From positions 2,176,001-2,240,000 of the forward strand of contig OY970067.1 in the NCBI GenBank assembly GCA_963705305.1: a stretch of DNA of 64,000 bases, in the 5' to 3' direction. The translations under genes and the position numbers were made by a program. Every line of letters starts with the position of its first letter. The stretch's first letter is position 1. Source of the stretch: an uncultured Methylomirabilota bacterium. GTDB lineage: Bacteria > Methylomirabilota > Methylomirabilia > Methylomirabilales > 2-02-FULL-66-22. The notes under the pieces are model-generated. The model was not told the origin of the DNA. It worked only from the letters and a program-made list of their open reading frames with translations, and made no database searches. Below are positions 8,325 to 17,468 of this stretch, piece after piece.

Positions 8325-9023
8325 ATGCGAAGGCTTCGGGTCATGGTGGTGTGCGCCCTGCTCGTCGCGTGCCCGGGACTCCTGCCCGCACACGCCGGTG
8401 AGTCGTTCTTCGTCTCCCCCGACACCGTCAACCTGCTCGTCCTGCTCCCGCCGCCGCCTGGGCCGCAGGACCCCGTCACGGGGGCGGAGCTCGACGAGCT
8501 CCGGCAGCTCCAGGCGACGCGCACGCCTGCGCGGGTGGCGGTCGCGCAGGCGGACGCGGAAATAACGGTGTTCCGCCTCCTGATCGTCTTCAACAGGCCA
8601 CTCACGCCCGCGCAGCTCCCGAAGACGGCCGCTTTTTTCAAGAAGCTGATGGCGGATGAGGAGGTCGCCACCGCTCCGGCCAAAGCGGGGTTCGCCCGCC
8701 CGCGCCCGTACGCGGTCGCCAGCGATCTCCAGCCGGTATGTCCCCGCCCCCGCAGTGAGGCGTATCCGTCCGGCCACACGACCACGGGCTACTACATGGG
8801 AGTGGTGCTGGCGGCGATGGTCCCGGAGCAGCGCGCGGCCATCTTCGCCCGGACTCAGGAATTCGCGGAGAGTCGGCTGATCTGCGGCGTGCATTACCGG
8901 AGCGACATCGAGGCCGGACGCACCGCCGGAACCGTGCTCGCCGCAATTGCCATGAATCAGCCGCAGTTCCGGGCCGAGTTCGCCGAGGCGAGAGCCGAGC
9001 TGCGCGCGGCCCTCGGGATGTGA
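8325..9023 (+). CDS. Secreted class A acid phosphatase (PAP2 family)
   Basis: Signal peptide; KxxxxRPRP, YPSGH and SRLICGVHYRSD motifs; SD GGGAGG. Confidence 0.9.
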   Translation: MRRLRVMVVCALLVACPGLLPAHAGESFFVSPDTVNLLVLLPPPPGPQDPVTGAELDELRQLQATRTPARVAVAQADAEITVFRLLIVFNRPLTPAQLPKTAAFFKKLMADEEVATAPAKAGFARPRPYAVASDLQPVCPRPRSEAYPSGHTTTGYYMGVVLAAMVPEQRAAIFARTQEFAESRLICGVHYRSDIEAGRTAGTVLAAIAMNQPQFRAEFAEARAELRAALGM

Positions 9024-9523
9024 ACGGTCGCCCTCCGCGTCTGGCCTGGTCCTGGACCGTCTCGGGGCGGCGCCTTGAGTGCAAGGCGGGGACCGGGTAA
9101 TGCGGATCGCGTTGGGCGGTTCCGAATGAGTGCCAGTGCATTGAGGGGATGGGCCAGAATCTGGAGGTTCCGGTCATGGCGGCTGAAGACTACCGACGCA
9201 TGGCGACGCTGAGTTTTGAAGGGGGAGTGGTAGCGAGGGCGAAGATGGTCGCAATTGCCATGAAGACAATGCGCGCTAAACAGGAGCCCCCATCGCCCAA
9301 CCCGTCCACCCGCCGCTCCCAGGACTCGCCCTTCGAGACGTAGCGCTACGGGCGCCGGAGCTTCGCCGCCACCCCTGCCTGCGTCAGCCCCGCCGCCAGC
9401 CGGGCGTCTCGGGGGGATCCCCTGAGGACGACAACGACAGAAAGAGGTTAGAACGGGTGGGAAGGGGAGCGGGAGACGGCCGCGCCTCAAACCGGTGAGC
9501 GGCCGCGCACGATCCGTTGCCGA

Positions 9524-9736
9524 TCATTGACGGCGCTCGCCAAGGCCCCCCATCCGAGGCGGGGAGACAGCAGCGGTCTGCAGGGCCCCGCGGTACAGGC
9601 GCTGCCAGGTCTCGACGGACTGCCGGTGAAAGGCGTCCTGGAGCCATCCCAAGGAGCCGACGCTGGTCACGGCCAGGACCAGGGCCAGAACGAGCGCCAC
9701 ATGCAGCCAGGTATTGACGGCGGTCAGCTTGAGCAT
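9524..9736 (-). CDS. Small single-TM hypothetical protein
   Basis: SD AGGAGG before ATG; hydrophobic segment WLHVALVLALVLAVTSVGSLGWL. Confidence 0.45.
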   Translation of the reverse strand: MLKLTAVNTWLHVALVLALVLAVTSVGSLGWLQDAFHRQSVETWQRLYRGALQTAAVSPPRMGGLGERRQ

Positions 9737-9784
9737 TGTCGGCACCTCCTGCCGCCCCGCCGGGCGCACACCGCACGGCGTCGC

Positions 9785-9868
9785 TCCCCTCAGCCGCGCC
9801 GCCTCTTGAATGGAATCCTCCGGCCTGAGGCTCACCACCTCTCGGCTCATGGCCTCTACCATCTTCAT
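9785..9868 (-). pseudogene. CBS-domain N-terminal fragment
   Basis: MKMVEAMSREVVSLRPEDSIQEAARL resembles the start of a CBS domain; similarity stops after about 27 codons. Confidence 0.5.
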
Positions 9869-9909
9869 CGCCCTGCTCCTTACGGGTCATTCCTCGCGAC
9901 CCGCACCCT

Positions 9910-10386
9910 CTAGTGCAGACTGGGTGCCCTAGGGCCCTGGGGAGTCTCCGCGTCCTCGCCGTGCAGTCCGCGCTGCCCAGCCGCCATGAACCGGCGCTCC
10001 CACCTCTCCAGCTCCCGGACGGGCACATGGCTCTCCGCGGCGACGGCCTCCGCCGGCTCTCCCCGGAGGAGGCGGAGCACCAGGCCCGTCCTCCCTTGGA
10101 CGCTCCCCGGATTGGAGAGATCGCCTCCGCGATCCGCCTGGTGGGCCTCGAAGAGCGCCACAGGATGCTCAAGCGCCGGAGTCCCAGAGGACTGCCAGGT
10201 CTCCGTCACGAGGGCCGCCGCCTGCAGCGTGACGAGGAACATCGCCACGAGACCGAGTACGGAGAGCGTTCGCCAAAAGGGTCCCAGCCTCTCCTGCCGC
10301 CGCGAGCGATCCATGCTCCCGGTCTCTGGATCCTCGAGACCCCCGGTCCCACGGCGGGCACCATTAGACGATCCCTGGGCACGCAT
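9910..10386 (-). CDS. Membrane-anchored protein with C-terminal IS3-OrfA-like helix-turn-helix
   Basis: SD GAGGAGG; TM segment FWRTLSVLGLVAMFLVTLQAAALV; LVLRLLRGEPAEAVAAESHVPVRELERWERRF HTH-like segment. Confidence 0.55.
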   Translation of the reverse strand: MRAQGSSNGARRGTGGLEDPETGSMDRSRRQERLGPFWRTLSVLGLVAMFLVTLQAAALVTETWQSSGTPALEHPVALFEAHQADRGGDLSNPGSVQGRTGLVLRLLRGEPAEAVAAESHVPVRELERWERRFMAAGQRGLHGEDAETPQGPRAPSLH

Positions 10387-10849
10387 GTTGACCTCCTCGA
10401 AGGAGCCCCTACCCCCGGTTCCACCCCGATCCGACGGGGGGGCGCACCGTAGTGAGGTGAAGCCGCATGGGAGCTCTCCTCTGCCCGCGGGCGGCCCTCC
10501 CGCACTTTCCAGCATCACGATACGCAGGCAGCCGCACGGTGCCTAGTAAAGAGACGCACAAGAAGGCCCCCAAACTCGTCAAGAGCCCTCAATGTCCCGT
10601 GCGGGCGGCGGGCGTCCGGCCGTGCCCAAGATGCCAGGAGTGGTGGGGTGTTGGGCGTGCGGACCCTTGCGGCGCGCACGCCGCTCGGGTGTAAAGATCC
10701 ATCAAGATGGGGGCCCTTTTTACCCCGCGATTCCCCCTCGTGCATTTCCAGTCCTCCGTGTTGCTGGACCTTGAGGCCCCCTCCTGCTCTCGTCATGCCC
10801 ATGGGTATGTGCCCTACCCCATCATGTGGAATGGTGGTATTCTTTCAGC

Positions 10850-11497
10850 ATGAGGAGCCCGTTCCGGATAACAGCGAAGGCTCGGATTTCTTGCAACACG
10901 TGTCACCCGGGCGATCCCTCTTCGCGGCACATTATCCGACTGCAGGTGGCGACCCTCGCCTGGATGCTGATCGAGTGCGGCATCGCCCTGGTCGCGGCCT
11001 GGCGGGCGCAGAGCCCTGCGCTCCTGGCCTTCGGCGCCGACAGCTTCGTGGAACTGCTGTCCGCCACGGTGGTGCTGCTCCAGTTCGTCCCCGCCTTCAC
11101 TCTCGGCGAGGCGCGGGCTGCCCGCTGGGCCGGAATGCTCCTGTTCGTGCTGGCGGGCGTGGTTGCGGTCACGGCTCTCGTGGCGTTGACCGGCAGCCTC
11201 GAGCCGGAGCCGAGCTGGCTGGGGATCGGGGTCACGGTCGCCGCGCTCGTCGCCATGCCGGTTTTGAGCGGGGCCAAGCGGCGCGCGGCACGGCGGCTGC
11301 GCAATAGCGCTTTGGCCGCCGATGCCGTGCAATCGGCCACCTGCGCGTATCTTGCGGCCATTACGCTGCTCGGGCTCGCGCTCAATGCCGGATTCTCCAT
11401 GCCCTGGATCGATCCGGCCGCCGCCCTCGTCGCGGTGCCACTCATCTGCCTGGAGGGGAGGCGCGCGCTTCGCGGGGAAGCCTGTGGGTGCTGCTGA
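10850..11497 (+). CDS. Cation diffusion facilitator-like membrane protein (TM domain only)
   Basis: ALLAFGADSFVE, ALAADAVQS and WIDPAAAL motifs; ends in CGCC; start uncertain. Confidence 0.75.
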   Translation: MRSPFRITAKARISCNTCHPGDPSSRHIIRLQVATLAWMLIECGIALVAAWRAQSPALLAFGADSFVELLSATVVLLQFVPAFTLGEARAARWAGMLLFVLAGVVAVTALVALTGSLEPEPSWLGIGVTVAALVAMPVLSGAKRRAARRLRNSALAADAVQSATCAYLAAITLLGLALNAGFSMPWIDPAAALVAVPLICLEGRRALRGEACGCC

Positions 11498-11787
11498 CCC
11501 CATCCCGATAGTGCCTCACCGCCAAGGCGCCAAGAATCGCACGGATGATACGGGCAAGATGCGGAAGACTGGAACCGCGTGACGTCCCCTAAGAGGGCCG
11601 CTGGCTCGAATCGCGGCCGCCGGACTCCTTGGACTGCGGTGTCTCGGCGTCGTGGCGGCCGAAGGGCACTTGCGATCCAAGGGCGCGTCCATCAATTCGG
11701 AGCTGCGGAGGAGACCCAGGGGCGTACCGGGGGCTCAAACCCGGACTCTGTGATCTCTCCCCTGGCTCAGAACTCCTCATCTGCTCC

Positions 11788-11816
11788 TTGACCCCTCTGC
11801 GATACGGGGGTACAGT
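11788..11816 (+). promoter_or_regulatory. Sigma70-type promoter with overlapping inverted repeat (candidate copper-regulator operator)
   Basis: TTGACC-N17-TACAGT, with ACCCC...GGGGT inverted repeat at 11791-11811. Confidence 0.5.
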
Positions 11817-11936
11817 CCTTCACAAACGTCCCGGCGGGTATGGCCCGGGCGAGGACCCTGCGGGCCCATACAGACGCCGGGGCGTCCGGCGATACCTGCC
11901 CTCCGGACCCCTCTTCAAGCTGCTTGCGGAGAGACC

Positions 11937-12521
11937 ATGATGCGGTCCACATGCATCGTCGCGCTCCTGTTGCTCTTGGTTCTCCCCTGCACGGCGGCCG
12001 AGTCTCCGTTTCGTACGGGCGTCCTCGAGCCGCCGGCCCCGGCGCCGGACTTCACCCTCCACAGTGACCGGGGCACGACGGTCCGCCTCCACGACTGGCG
12101 AGGCAATGTCGTGCTGCTCTACTTCGGGTACACCTCGTGTCCCGATGTCTGCCCCACCACCCTGGCCGAATTCGCCGAGGTCCGGAAGCAGCTCGGCGCG
12201 GCCGCCCAGCACCTCCGGGTCGCCTTCGTGACCGTCGATCCCGCGCGCGATACCCCGGCGCGGCTTCGCGTATACACCCGCGCCTTCGACGCCACCTTCG
12301 TCGGCCTGACCGGCCCCAAGACCACCCTGGCCAAGGTCTGGAAGGCCTACGGGGTCTATGTGAAGAGCCACCGGGTGCCCGGCTCGTCCGAGGGCTACGT
12401 GGTGGACCATTCGGCCACCACGTTCGTGATCGACGCCAAAGGAGACCTGCGCCTGGCCATCCCGTTCGGGACTCCGGTGGATGACATCTGCCACGACCTT
12501 CAACTCCTATTGCCGAGGTGA
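11937..12521 (+). CDS. SCO1/SenC family copper chaperone
   Basis: FGYTSCPDVCP (CxxxC), VDPARDT, YVVDHS; signal peptide. Confidence 0.93.
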   Translation: MMRSTCIVALLLLLVLPCTAAESPFRTGVLEPPAPAPDFTLHSDRGTTVRLHDWRGNVVLLYFGYTSCPDVCPTTLAEFAEVRKQLGAAAQHLRVAFVTVDPARDTPARLRVYTRAFDATFVGLTGPKTTLAKVWKAYGVYVKSHRVPGSSEGYVVDHSATTFVIDAKGDLRLAIPFGTPVDDICHDLQLLLPR

Positions 12522-12524
12522 CTC

Positions 12525-13001
12525 ATGCGCTTCCCCGTCGTGTGCTCTCTCAGCCTCGCCGTCTGCGTGTTCGGCCTCGCGCCCCTGGCCCGGGGGGCGC
12601 AGATTCCCCGGGCCGCCTCCGTCCGAGTGACTGACGCCTGGGCCCGGCAGGCCCCCATGCTGATGCCCCAGCCGGGCCGGAGGCACGGTGACACCGGCAA
12701 TGGGGCCGTCTACGTGACCCTCCGCAACTTCGTCTCCCACCCGGATGCCCTGCTCCGGGCGACGAGCCCCGCCGCCGAACGGGTGGAGCTGCACGAGACG
12801 CTCCGCGAGGGAGACGTGATGCGGATGCGCCCCGTGGCCAAGCTGGCGGTGCCCGCCGGCGGGGTCCTGGCCATGAAGCCGGGGGGATTTCACATCATGT
12901 TGATCAACCTGAGGCGCCCATTGCATCCGGGGGATCGCATCCCGATCACGCTCACCTTCGCCCATGCGGCCCCCCTATCGCTGGACGTCCCGGTTCGCTG
13001 A
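12525..13001 (+). CDS. PCu(A)C copper chaperone
   Basis: DAWAR, VELHET...MRMRPV, PGGFHIML motifs; signal peptide. Confidence 0.92.
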   Translation: MRFPVVCSLSLAVCVFGLAPLARGAQIPRAASVRVTDAWARQAPMLMPQPGRRHGDTGNGAVYVTLRNFVSHPDALLRATSPAAERVELHETLREGDVMRMRPVAKLAVPAGGVLAMKPGGFHIMLINLRRPLHPGDRIPITLTFAHAAPLSLDVPVR

Positions 13002-13020
13002 CGGGGCGCGGTGTGCACTG

Positions 13021-13524
13021 ATGAGGGTCCGGTGGTTCCCCCTGCTCGGGGGGGTCCTGGTTCTGATCGGTGGCCTGGCGACCGTCGGCTGGCTCGCGCT
13101 GGCACCGGTGGCGCCCCGCCCGCCCGGTGAGCGGGAGCTGGTGTATGTGATCCCGAAGGGAGCAGCCGCCAGGCTGGGCAGCCCCGACCAATACGCCCTG
13201 CCGTCGACCGTTCGCCTCATGATGGGGGTGCGGGACATCCTGGTCCTCCGCAACGACGATGTGGTCCCCATGCAGCTGGGGCCGGTGCGGCTGGCCCCCG
13301 GCCAAACCTACCGCCTTCCCTTCCACCAGCCCGGGGCGCTCCAGCTGGCGTGCTCCTTCCATCAGGGAATCAGCTTCCTCATCCTCATAGACCCCCCGCC
13401 GCCCCCCGGATGGGCGCGACTCTTGTGGCGGCTTGGATGGTCAAACGGATACGGTGCGGAGGACCCGGCCGAAGCATCGCCCGAACCCCAGGGGCTCTTG
13501 TCCTGTGCCGTCTGCTGGGGCTAG
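13021..13524 (+). CDS. Membrane-anchored cupredoxin-like hypothetical protein
   Basis: N-terminal TM, LRNDD, LAPGQTY, LACSFH; co-oriented with sco-pcuAC. Confidence 0.6.
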   Translation: MRVRWFPLLGGVLVLIGGLATVGWLALAPVAPRPPGERELVYVIPKGAAARLGSPDQYALPSTVRLMMGVRDILVLRNDDVVPMQLGPVRLAPGQTYRLPFHQPGALQLACSFHQGISFLILIDPPPPPGWARLLWRLGWSNGYGAEDPAEASPEPQGLLSCAVCWG

Positions 13525-13964
13525 GTGGCGTGCGTCCCCTCGACATCCAGCGGGCGAAGGCGTTCGGCCCCGGCGGCTCGGAGAAGTTGCGCGTCCGCCG
13601 CGGCGAACGTGATGTCCTCATCCAGGGCGCGCTTGAGGCTGAGGGCGGAGGCGAGATGGATGGCGTCGAAAGCCCTCAGGGGGTGGCGCTGAATCAGTTC
13701 GCGGGCCAACACCAGGATCTCATCGCGGAGGTCAATGCGGGTGAAAACCTTCCATTCCTCTTCGAACCGACGCACTGCGAGGGCGTATTGGACCCGGGAG
13801 AGATCCCCGGCCCGCTGCTTCCGGGTGAGAACACCGTATGTTTCCGCGTAGGCGATCTTCGCGGTTGCCACCCTCGCCTCGCTGGTCAGGAGCGAATAGA
13901 CGAGGGGAGATCCCGGCTCGACAAGAAAGCGTTTGATCAGCGCGCTCGTGTCGAAGTAGATCAC
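13521..13964 (-). CDS. vapC: VapC PIN-domain toxin
   Basis: YFDTSALIKRF, LRAFDAIHLASA, AAD acidic PIN motifs. Confidence 0.9.
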   Translation of the reverse strand: MIYFDTSALIKRFLVEPGSPLVYSLLTSEARVATAKIAYAETYGVLTRKQRAGDLSRVQYALAVRRFEEEWKVFTRIDLRDEILVLARELIQRHPLRAFDAIHLASALSLKRALDEDITFAAADAQLLRAAGAERLRPLDVEGTHAT

Positions 13965-14239
13965 CGCCGGTCCTCCAGGATCATCTGGGAGGCGAGCGGA
14001 CCTTTGGCACGGATCGGACGGAACCGCGAAGCCTTTCGGGTCGGGAGGGTCAACAAGCCTTGGGCGGCGAGCTGGGCCAGCTGGGCCTCCTGGCTCCTGA
14101 CCTGCCTGGCCGATTCGATCGGCTGGAGCAGGGCGATGGGCTTCCCCCGGTCAGTGACAATCACCTCTTCCCCCCGCATCGCTCGCCGAAGGTAATGCGT
14201 GAGGCGGTTCTTCAACTCCCTGACACCGACGCTGCTCAT
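13961..14239 (-). CDS. Phd/YefM antitoxin
   Basis: VGVRELKNRLTHYL...GEEVIVTDRGKPIA; 4-nt overlap with the toxin gene. Confidence 0.9.
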   Translation of the reverse strand: MSSVGVRELKNRLTHYLRRAMRGEEVIVTDRGKPIALLQPIESARQVRSQEAQLAQLAAQGLLTLPTRKASRFRPIRAKGPLASQMILEDRR

Positions 14240-14253
14240 AGCCTGCTCCTTTC

Positions 14254-14288
14254 AGTAGCTATTGTAGCTACTTCAGATGGGAAGTCAA
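14254..14288 (-). promoter_or_regulatory. Toxin-antitoxin promoter with autoregulatory palindrome
   Basis: Minus-strand TTGACT-N16-TACAAT; perfect AGTAGCTA-TTG-TAGCTACT (14254-14272) centred on the -10. Confidence 0.75.
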
Positions 14289-14433
14289 TGAGAGGGCGGA
14301 AGGCGATTCAGTTCATGGAGAGGGAGGCCTTGCGCCGGTCCCCGCCGGCAGAATCCGCTTGACGCAGGCGAGCGATCCCGCCAAAGTTACGGTGTCGTGC
14401 CGTAGCAGGCGGCCGCACTGGAGGAGCAACGCC

Positions 14434-15801
14434 ATGGCGACGCTGAGAGAGCTGGAACCGCGGGCACAGGAGATCCTGGCGCGCGAGCAACGTGTCTATG
14501 AACAGAGCAATCCGCGATCGAAAGAGGCCTACCAGCGATCGCGCCGGGTGCTCCCCGGCGGTGTCTCCCGCGGCCTGTGCTTCTTCCCGCCGTTCCCGTG
14601 CCAGACGGCCTCCGGCGAGGGCTGCTGGATGGTGGATATCGACAGCAACCGCCGCCTGGACCTCTTCAACTGCGCCACGACCCTCATCCTCGGTTACCGG
14701 CCTCCGGCCGTCGTGAAGGCGGTGGAGGAACAGCTCGGCCGCGGCACTGCCTTCCAGACCAACAGCGGGCTCGAGACGATCCTGGCCGAAATGCTGGTGG
14801 ACCGGGTGGCCTCGCTCGAGCAGGTCCGCTTCACGAACAGTGGGAGCGAGGGGACCCAGATGGCCATCCGGGCCGCCCGGGCTTTCACCGGACGCTCGGC
14901 GATCGCCAAGATGGAAGGCGGCTACCACGGCTCGCACGATTCGGTGGAGGTCAGCGTCCGTCCGCCCGCCGATGCGTCCGGTCCCGCCAAGACCCCTCGG
15001 GCGGTGGCCGATTCCGCCGGGATCCCGGCCGAGGCCCTGGAGCACGTCGTGATCCTCCCCTACAACGACCTGGAGGCGGCCCGTGCCATCCTCGATCGGG
15101 AGGCCGCCCGGCTCGCCGCCGTCATCGTCGAGCCGATCTTGGGGAGCGTCGGCTTCATCCCCGGCGAGCCGGAGTTCCTTCGGGGCCTGCGGGCGGAGGC
15201 GGAGCGGCACGGCATCCTCTTCATCCTGGACGAGGTGCAGAGCTTCCGGCTGGATCGAGGCGGCGCTCAGAAGCTCTTCGGCCTCAGGCCGGATCTCACC
15301 TGTCTCGGCAAGATCATCGGGGGCGGCTTCCCGGTGGGGGCCTTCGGCGGGCGGAGGGACATCCTGGCGCTGTTCGATACGGCCTCCGGGCCGGCCCGGA
15401 TCCCCCACCACGGAACCCTCAATGCCAACCCCATCACGATGACCGCCGGCATCGCGACGCTCGAACAGCTGACGGAGCCGGTCTATGCCCGCCTCAACGG
15501 GACGGGGGATCGCCTGCGGCGGGAGCTGCGCGAACTGGGGGAGCGCTTCGGGGCGCCCATGCAGATCACCGGGATCGGCTCCATGTGGAAGATCCACTTC
15601 AGCGAGAGCCCGGTGTGGGACTATCGGTCCACCCTCCGGGCCAGCGGCCTCATCCACCGGGCTCTCTTCCTCTTCGGCTTGAATCGCGGGCTGTTCATCT
15701 CGGAGGGCGGGCGCTGCTGCCTCTCGGTCCCCATAGGAGATGCCGAGGTGGACCGGTACCTGGCGGCTGTCGAGGGGTTCCTGGCGGAGCTGACCCGCTG
15801 A
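14434..15801 (+). CDS. Class III PLP aminotransferase (GSA aminomutase-like)
   Basis: LPGG, FTNSGSEG, GGYHGSHD, FILDEV, LGKIIGGGFPVGA, GTLNANP; SD GGAGGAG. Confidence 0.88.
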   Translation: MATLRELEPRAQEILAREQRVYEQSNPRSKEAYQRSRRVLPGGVSRGLCFFPPFPCQTASGEGCWMVDIDSNRRLDLFNCATTLILGYRPPAVVKAVEEQLGRGTAFQTNSGLETILAEMLVDRVASLEQVRFTNSGSEGTQMAIRAARAFTGRSAIAKMEGGYHGSHDSVEVSVRPPADASGPAKTPRAVADSAGIPAEALEHVVILPYNDLEAARAILDREAARLAAVIVEPILGSVGFIPGEPEFLRGLRAEAERHGILFILDEVQSFRLDRGGAQKLFGLRPDLTCLGKIIGGGFPVGAFGGRRDILALFDTASGPARIPHHGTLNANPITMTAGIATLEQLTEPVYARLNGTGDRLRRELRELGERFGAPMQITGIGSMWKIHFSESPVWDYRSTLRASGLIHRALFLFGLNRGLFISEGGRCCLSVPIGDAEVDRYLAAVEGFLAELTR

Positions 15802-15903
15802 GCGTCCGGAGCGGATTCCGCCGCACCGCCAATGAAATGCCCTCCGGGTATCGTACCCGCCGCCGCTCCATCTGCCGGGTCTCGGATCTTCCGGAGTCCT
15901 TGC

Positions 15904-15921
15904 GGTCGGAATGTCGGACAA
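15904..15921. promoter_or_regulatory. Possible GntR/FadR-family operator upstream of glcD
   Basis: TGTC-G-GACA palindrome preceded by a GTCGGA repeat; short, so it may be chance. Confidence 0.35.
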
Positions 15922-16078
15922 TCAGCCGCACCAGAGCCGATTCTGTTCAGGGTTGGAAGGGCCGAGTTGTAAGATTAGAATGATCTGGACGCGGCCCCGA
16001 GATCGGGGCCGGCCTGCACCCGTTGCGCGGCCCGGGGCAGAACCCTGAGTCCGCCGCCTCGTGGTTGAAGGGAGAATC

Positions 16079-17467
16079 ATGGCCATTGCGAGTCGTACCC
16101 TGGCGTCGGATCTCCGCCGGCTGGTCCCGGCCGGGCAGGTGCTCGACTCGATCGAGGATCGCACGCTGTACGCCTACGACGGGACCAGCACGAAGGCGCT
16201 GCCCGACATCATCGTGATGGCGCACACGACGCAGGAGGTCTCCACGCTCCTCAAGTTCGCCTCGGATCGGGCGGTGCCGGTCGTCCCGCGGGGGGCGGGG
16301 ACGGGCCTGTCCGGAGGCTCCGTTCCCGCGGAGGGAGGAATCGCCCTGGTGCTGGCAGGCATGCGGGCCATCAAGGAGCTGGACAAGGACAGCATGGTGG
16401 CCGTGGTCGAGCCGGGGCTGGTGACGGGACAGTTCCAGAAGGCGGTCGAGGCGGCCGGCATGTTCTATCCGCCGGATCCCGCCAGCCTGAACTACTGCAC
16501 CCTCGGCGGCAACGTGGCCGAGAACGCCGGCGGTCCGCACGGGGTGAAGTACGGGGTCACCAAGGACTACGTCCTGGGGCTGGAGGTGGTCCTGCCGTCC
16601 GGTGACATCGTGCGCCTGGGGGGCCGGCAGATCAAGAACGTGACCGGCTACAATCTGGTCCAGTTCTTTGTGGGCTCGGAGGGGACGCTGGGGGTGATCA
16701 CCGAGATCATCCTGCGCCTGCTGCCCAAGCCGCCGGCCAAGCGGACCATGCTGGCCGTCTTCGATCGGCTGGACGACGCGGCCACGGCGGTGGCGGGGAT
16801 CATGTCGGGGGGCGTGATCCCGGCGACCCTGGAGATCATGGACCAGATGAGCATCAACTGCGTCGAGGACTACCTGAAGCTGGGGCTCCCGCGGGATGCC
16901 GAGGCCATCCTCCTGATCGAGGTGGACGGCATGCCGGCGGCCGTCGAGGCGGAGGCCGACCTCATCGGCCGGATCTGCCGCGAGAAGGGAACCCGCAGCT
17001 TCCAGGTCGCCAAGGACAAGAAAGAAGAGGACGACCTCTGGAAGGCGCGCCGGTCCATCTCACCGGCCATCTCGGCCGCCCGCCCCAGCAAGATCGGTGA
17101 GGACATCAGCGTGCCGCGCCGGGCCATCCCCGAGATGGTGCGCGAGATCCAGCGCATCTCCCGGGAGTACTCGCTGCCCATCGTCATTTTCGGCCATGCC
17201 GGCGACGGAAACCTGCACCCCAATATCCTGACCGACCGGCGCGATCACCAGGAAATGGAGCGGGTCGAACGGGCCATCGGCGCCATCTTCGAGGCGTCCG
17301 TGCGCCTGGGGGGCACCCTGTCCGGGGAGCACGGCATTGGTCTCAGCAAGAAGCCGTTCCTGGGGCTGGCGCTCAGCCCGGAGACGGTCAAGCTGATGGC
17401 GGACCTCAAGCGCGCGGTCGACCCGAAGAATATCCTGAACCCCGGCAAGATCTGGGGAAGAGCGTAG
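16079..17467 (+). CDS. glcD: FAD-linked oxidase, glycolate/D-lactate dehydrogenase GlcD-like
   Basis: PRGAGTGLSGG, YPPDPAS, ENAGG, GSEGTLG, GHAGDGNLH, SGEHGIG, LNPGK. Confidence 0.9.
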   Translation: MAIASRTLASDLRRLVPAGQVLDSIEDRTLYAYDGTSTKALPDIIVMAHTTQEVSTLLKFASDRAVPVVPRGAGTGLSGGSVPAEGGIALVLAGMRAIKELDKDSMVAVVEPGLVTGQFQKAVEAAGMFYPPDPASLNYCTLGGNVAENAGGPHGVKYGVTKDYVLGLEVVLPSGDIVRLGGRQIKNVTGYNLVQFFVGSEGTLGVITEIILRLLPKPPAKRTMLAVFDRLDDAATAVAGIMSGGVIPATLEIMDQMSINCVEDYLKLGLPRDAEAILLIEVDGMPAAVEAEADLIGRICREKGTRSFQVAKDKKEEDDLWKARRSISPAISAARPSKIGEDISVPRRAIPEMVREIQRISREYSLPIVIFGHAGDGNLHPNILTDRRDHQEMERVERAIGAIFEASVRLGGTLSGEHGIGLSKKPFLGLALSPETVKLMADLKRAVDPKNILNPGKIWGRA

Positions 17468-17468
17468 C

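Noticed and set aside
9176..9343. Small ORF with a GGAGG SD
   Set aside because: No recognisable motif or other support; cannot be called.
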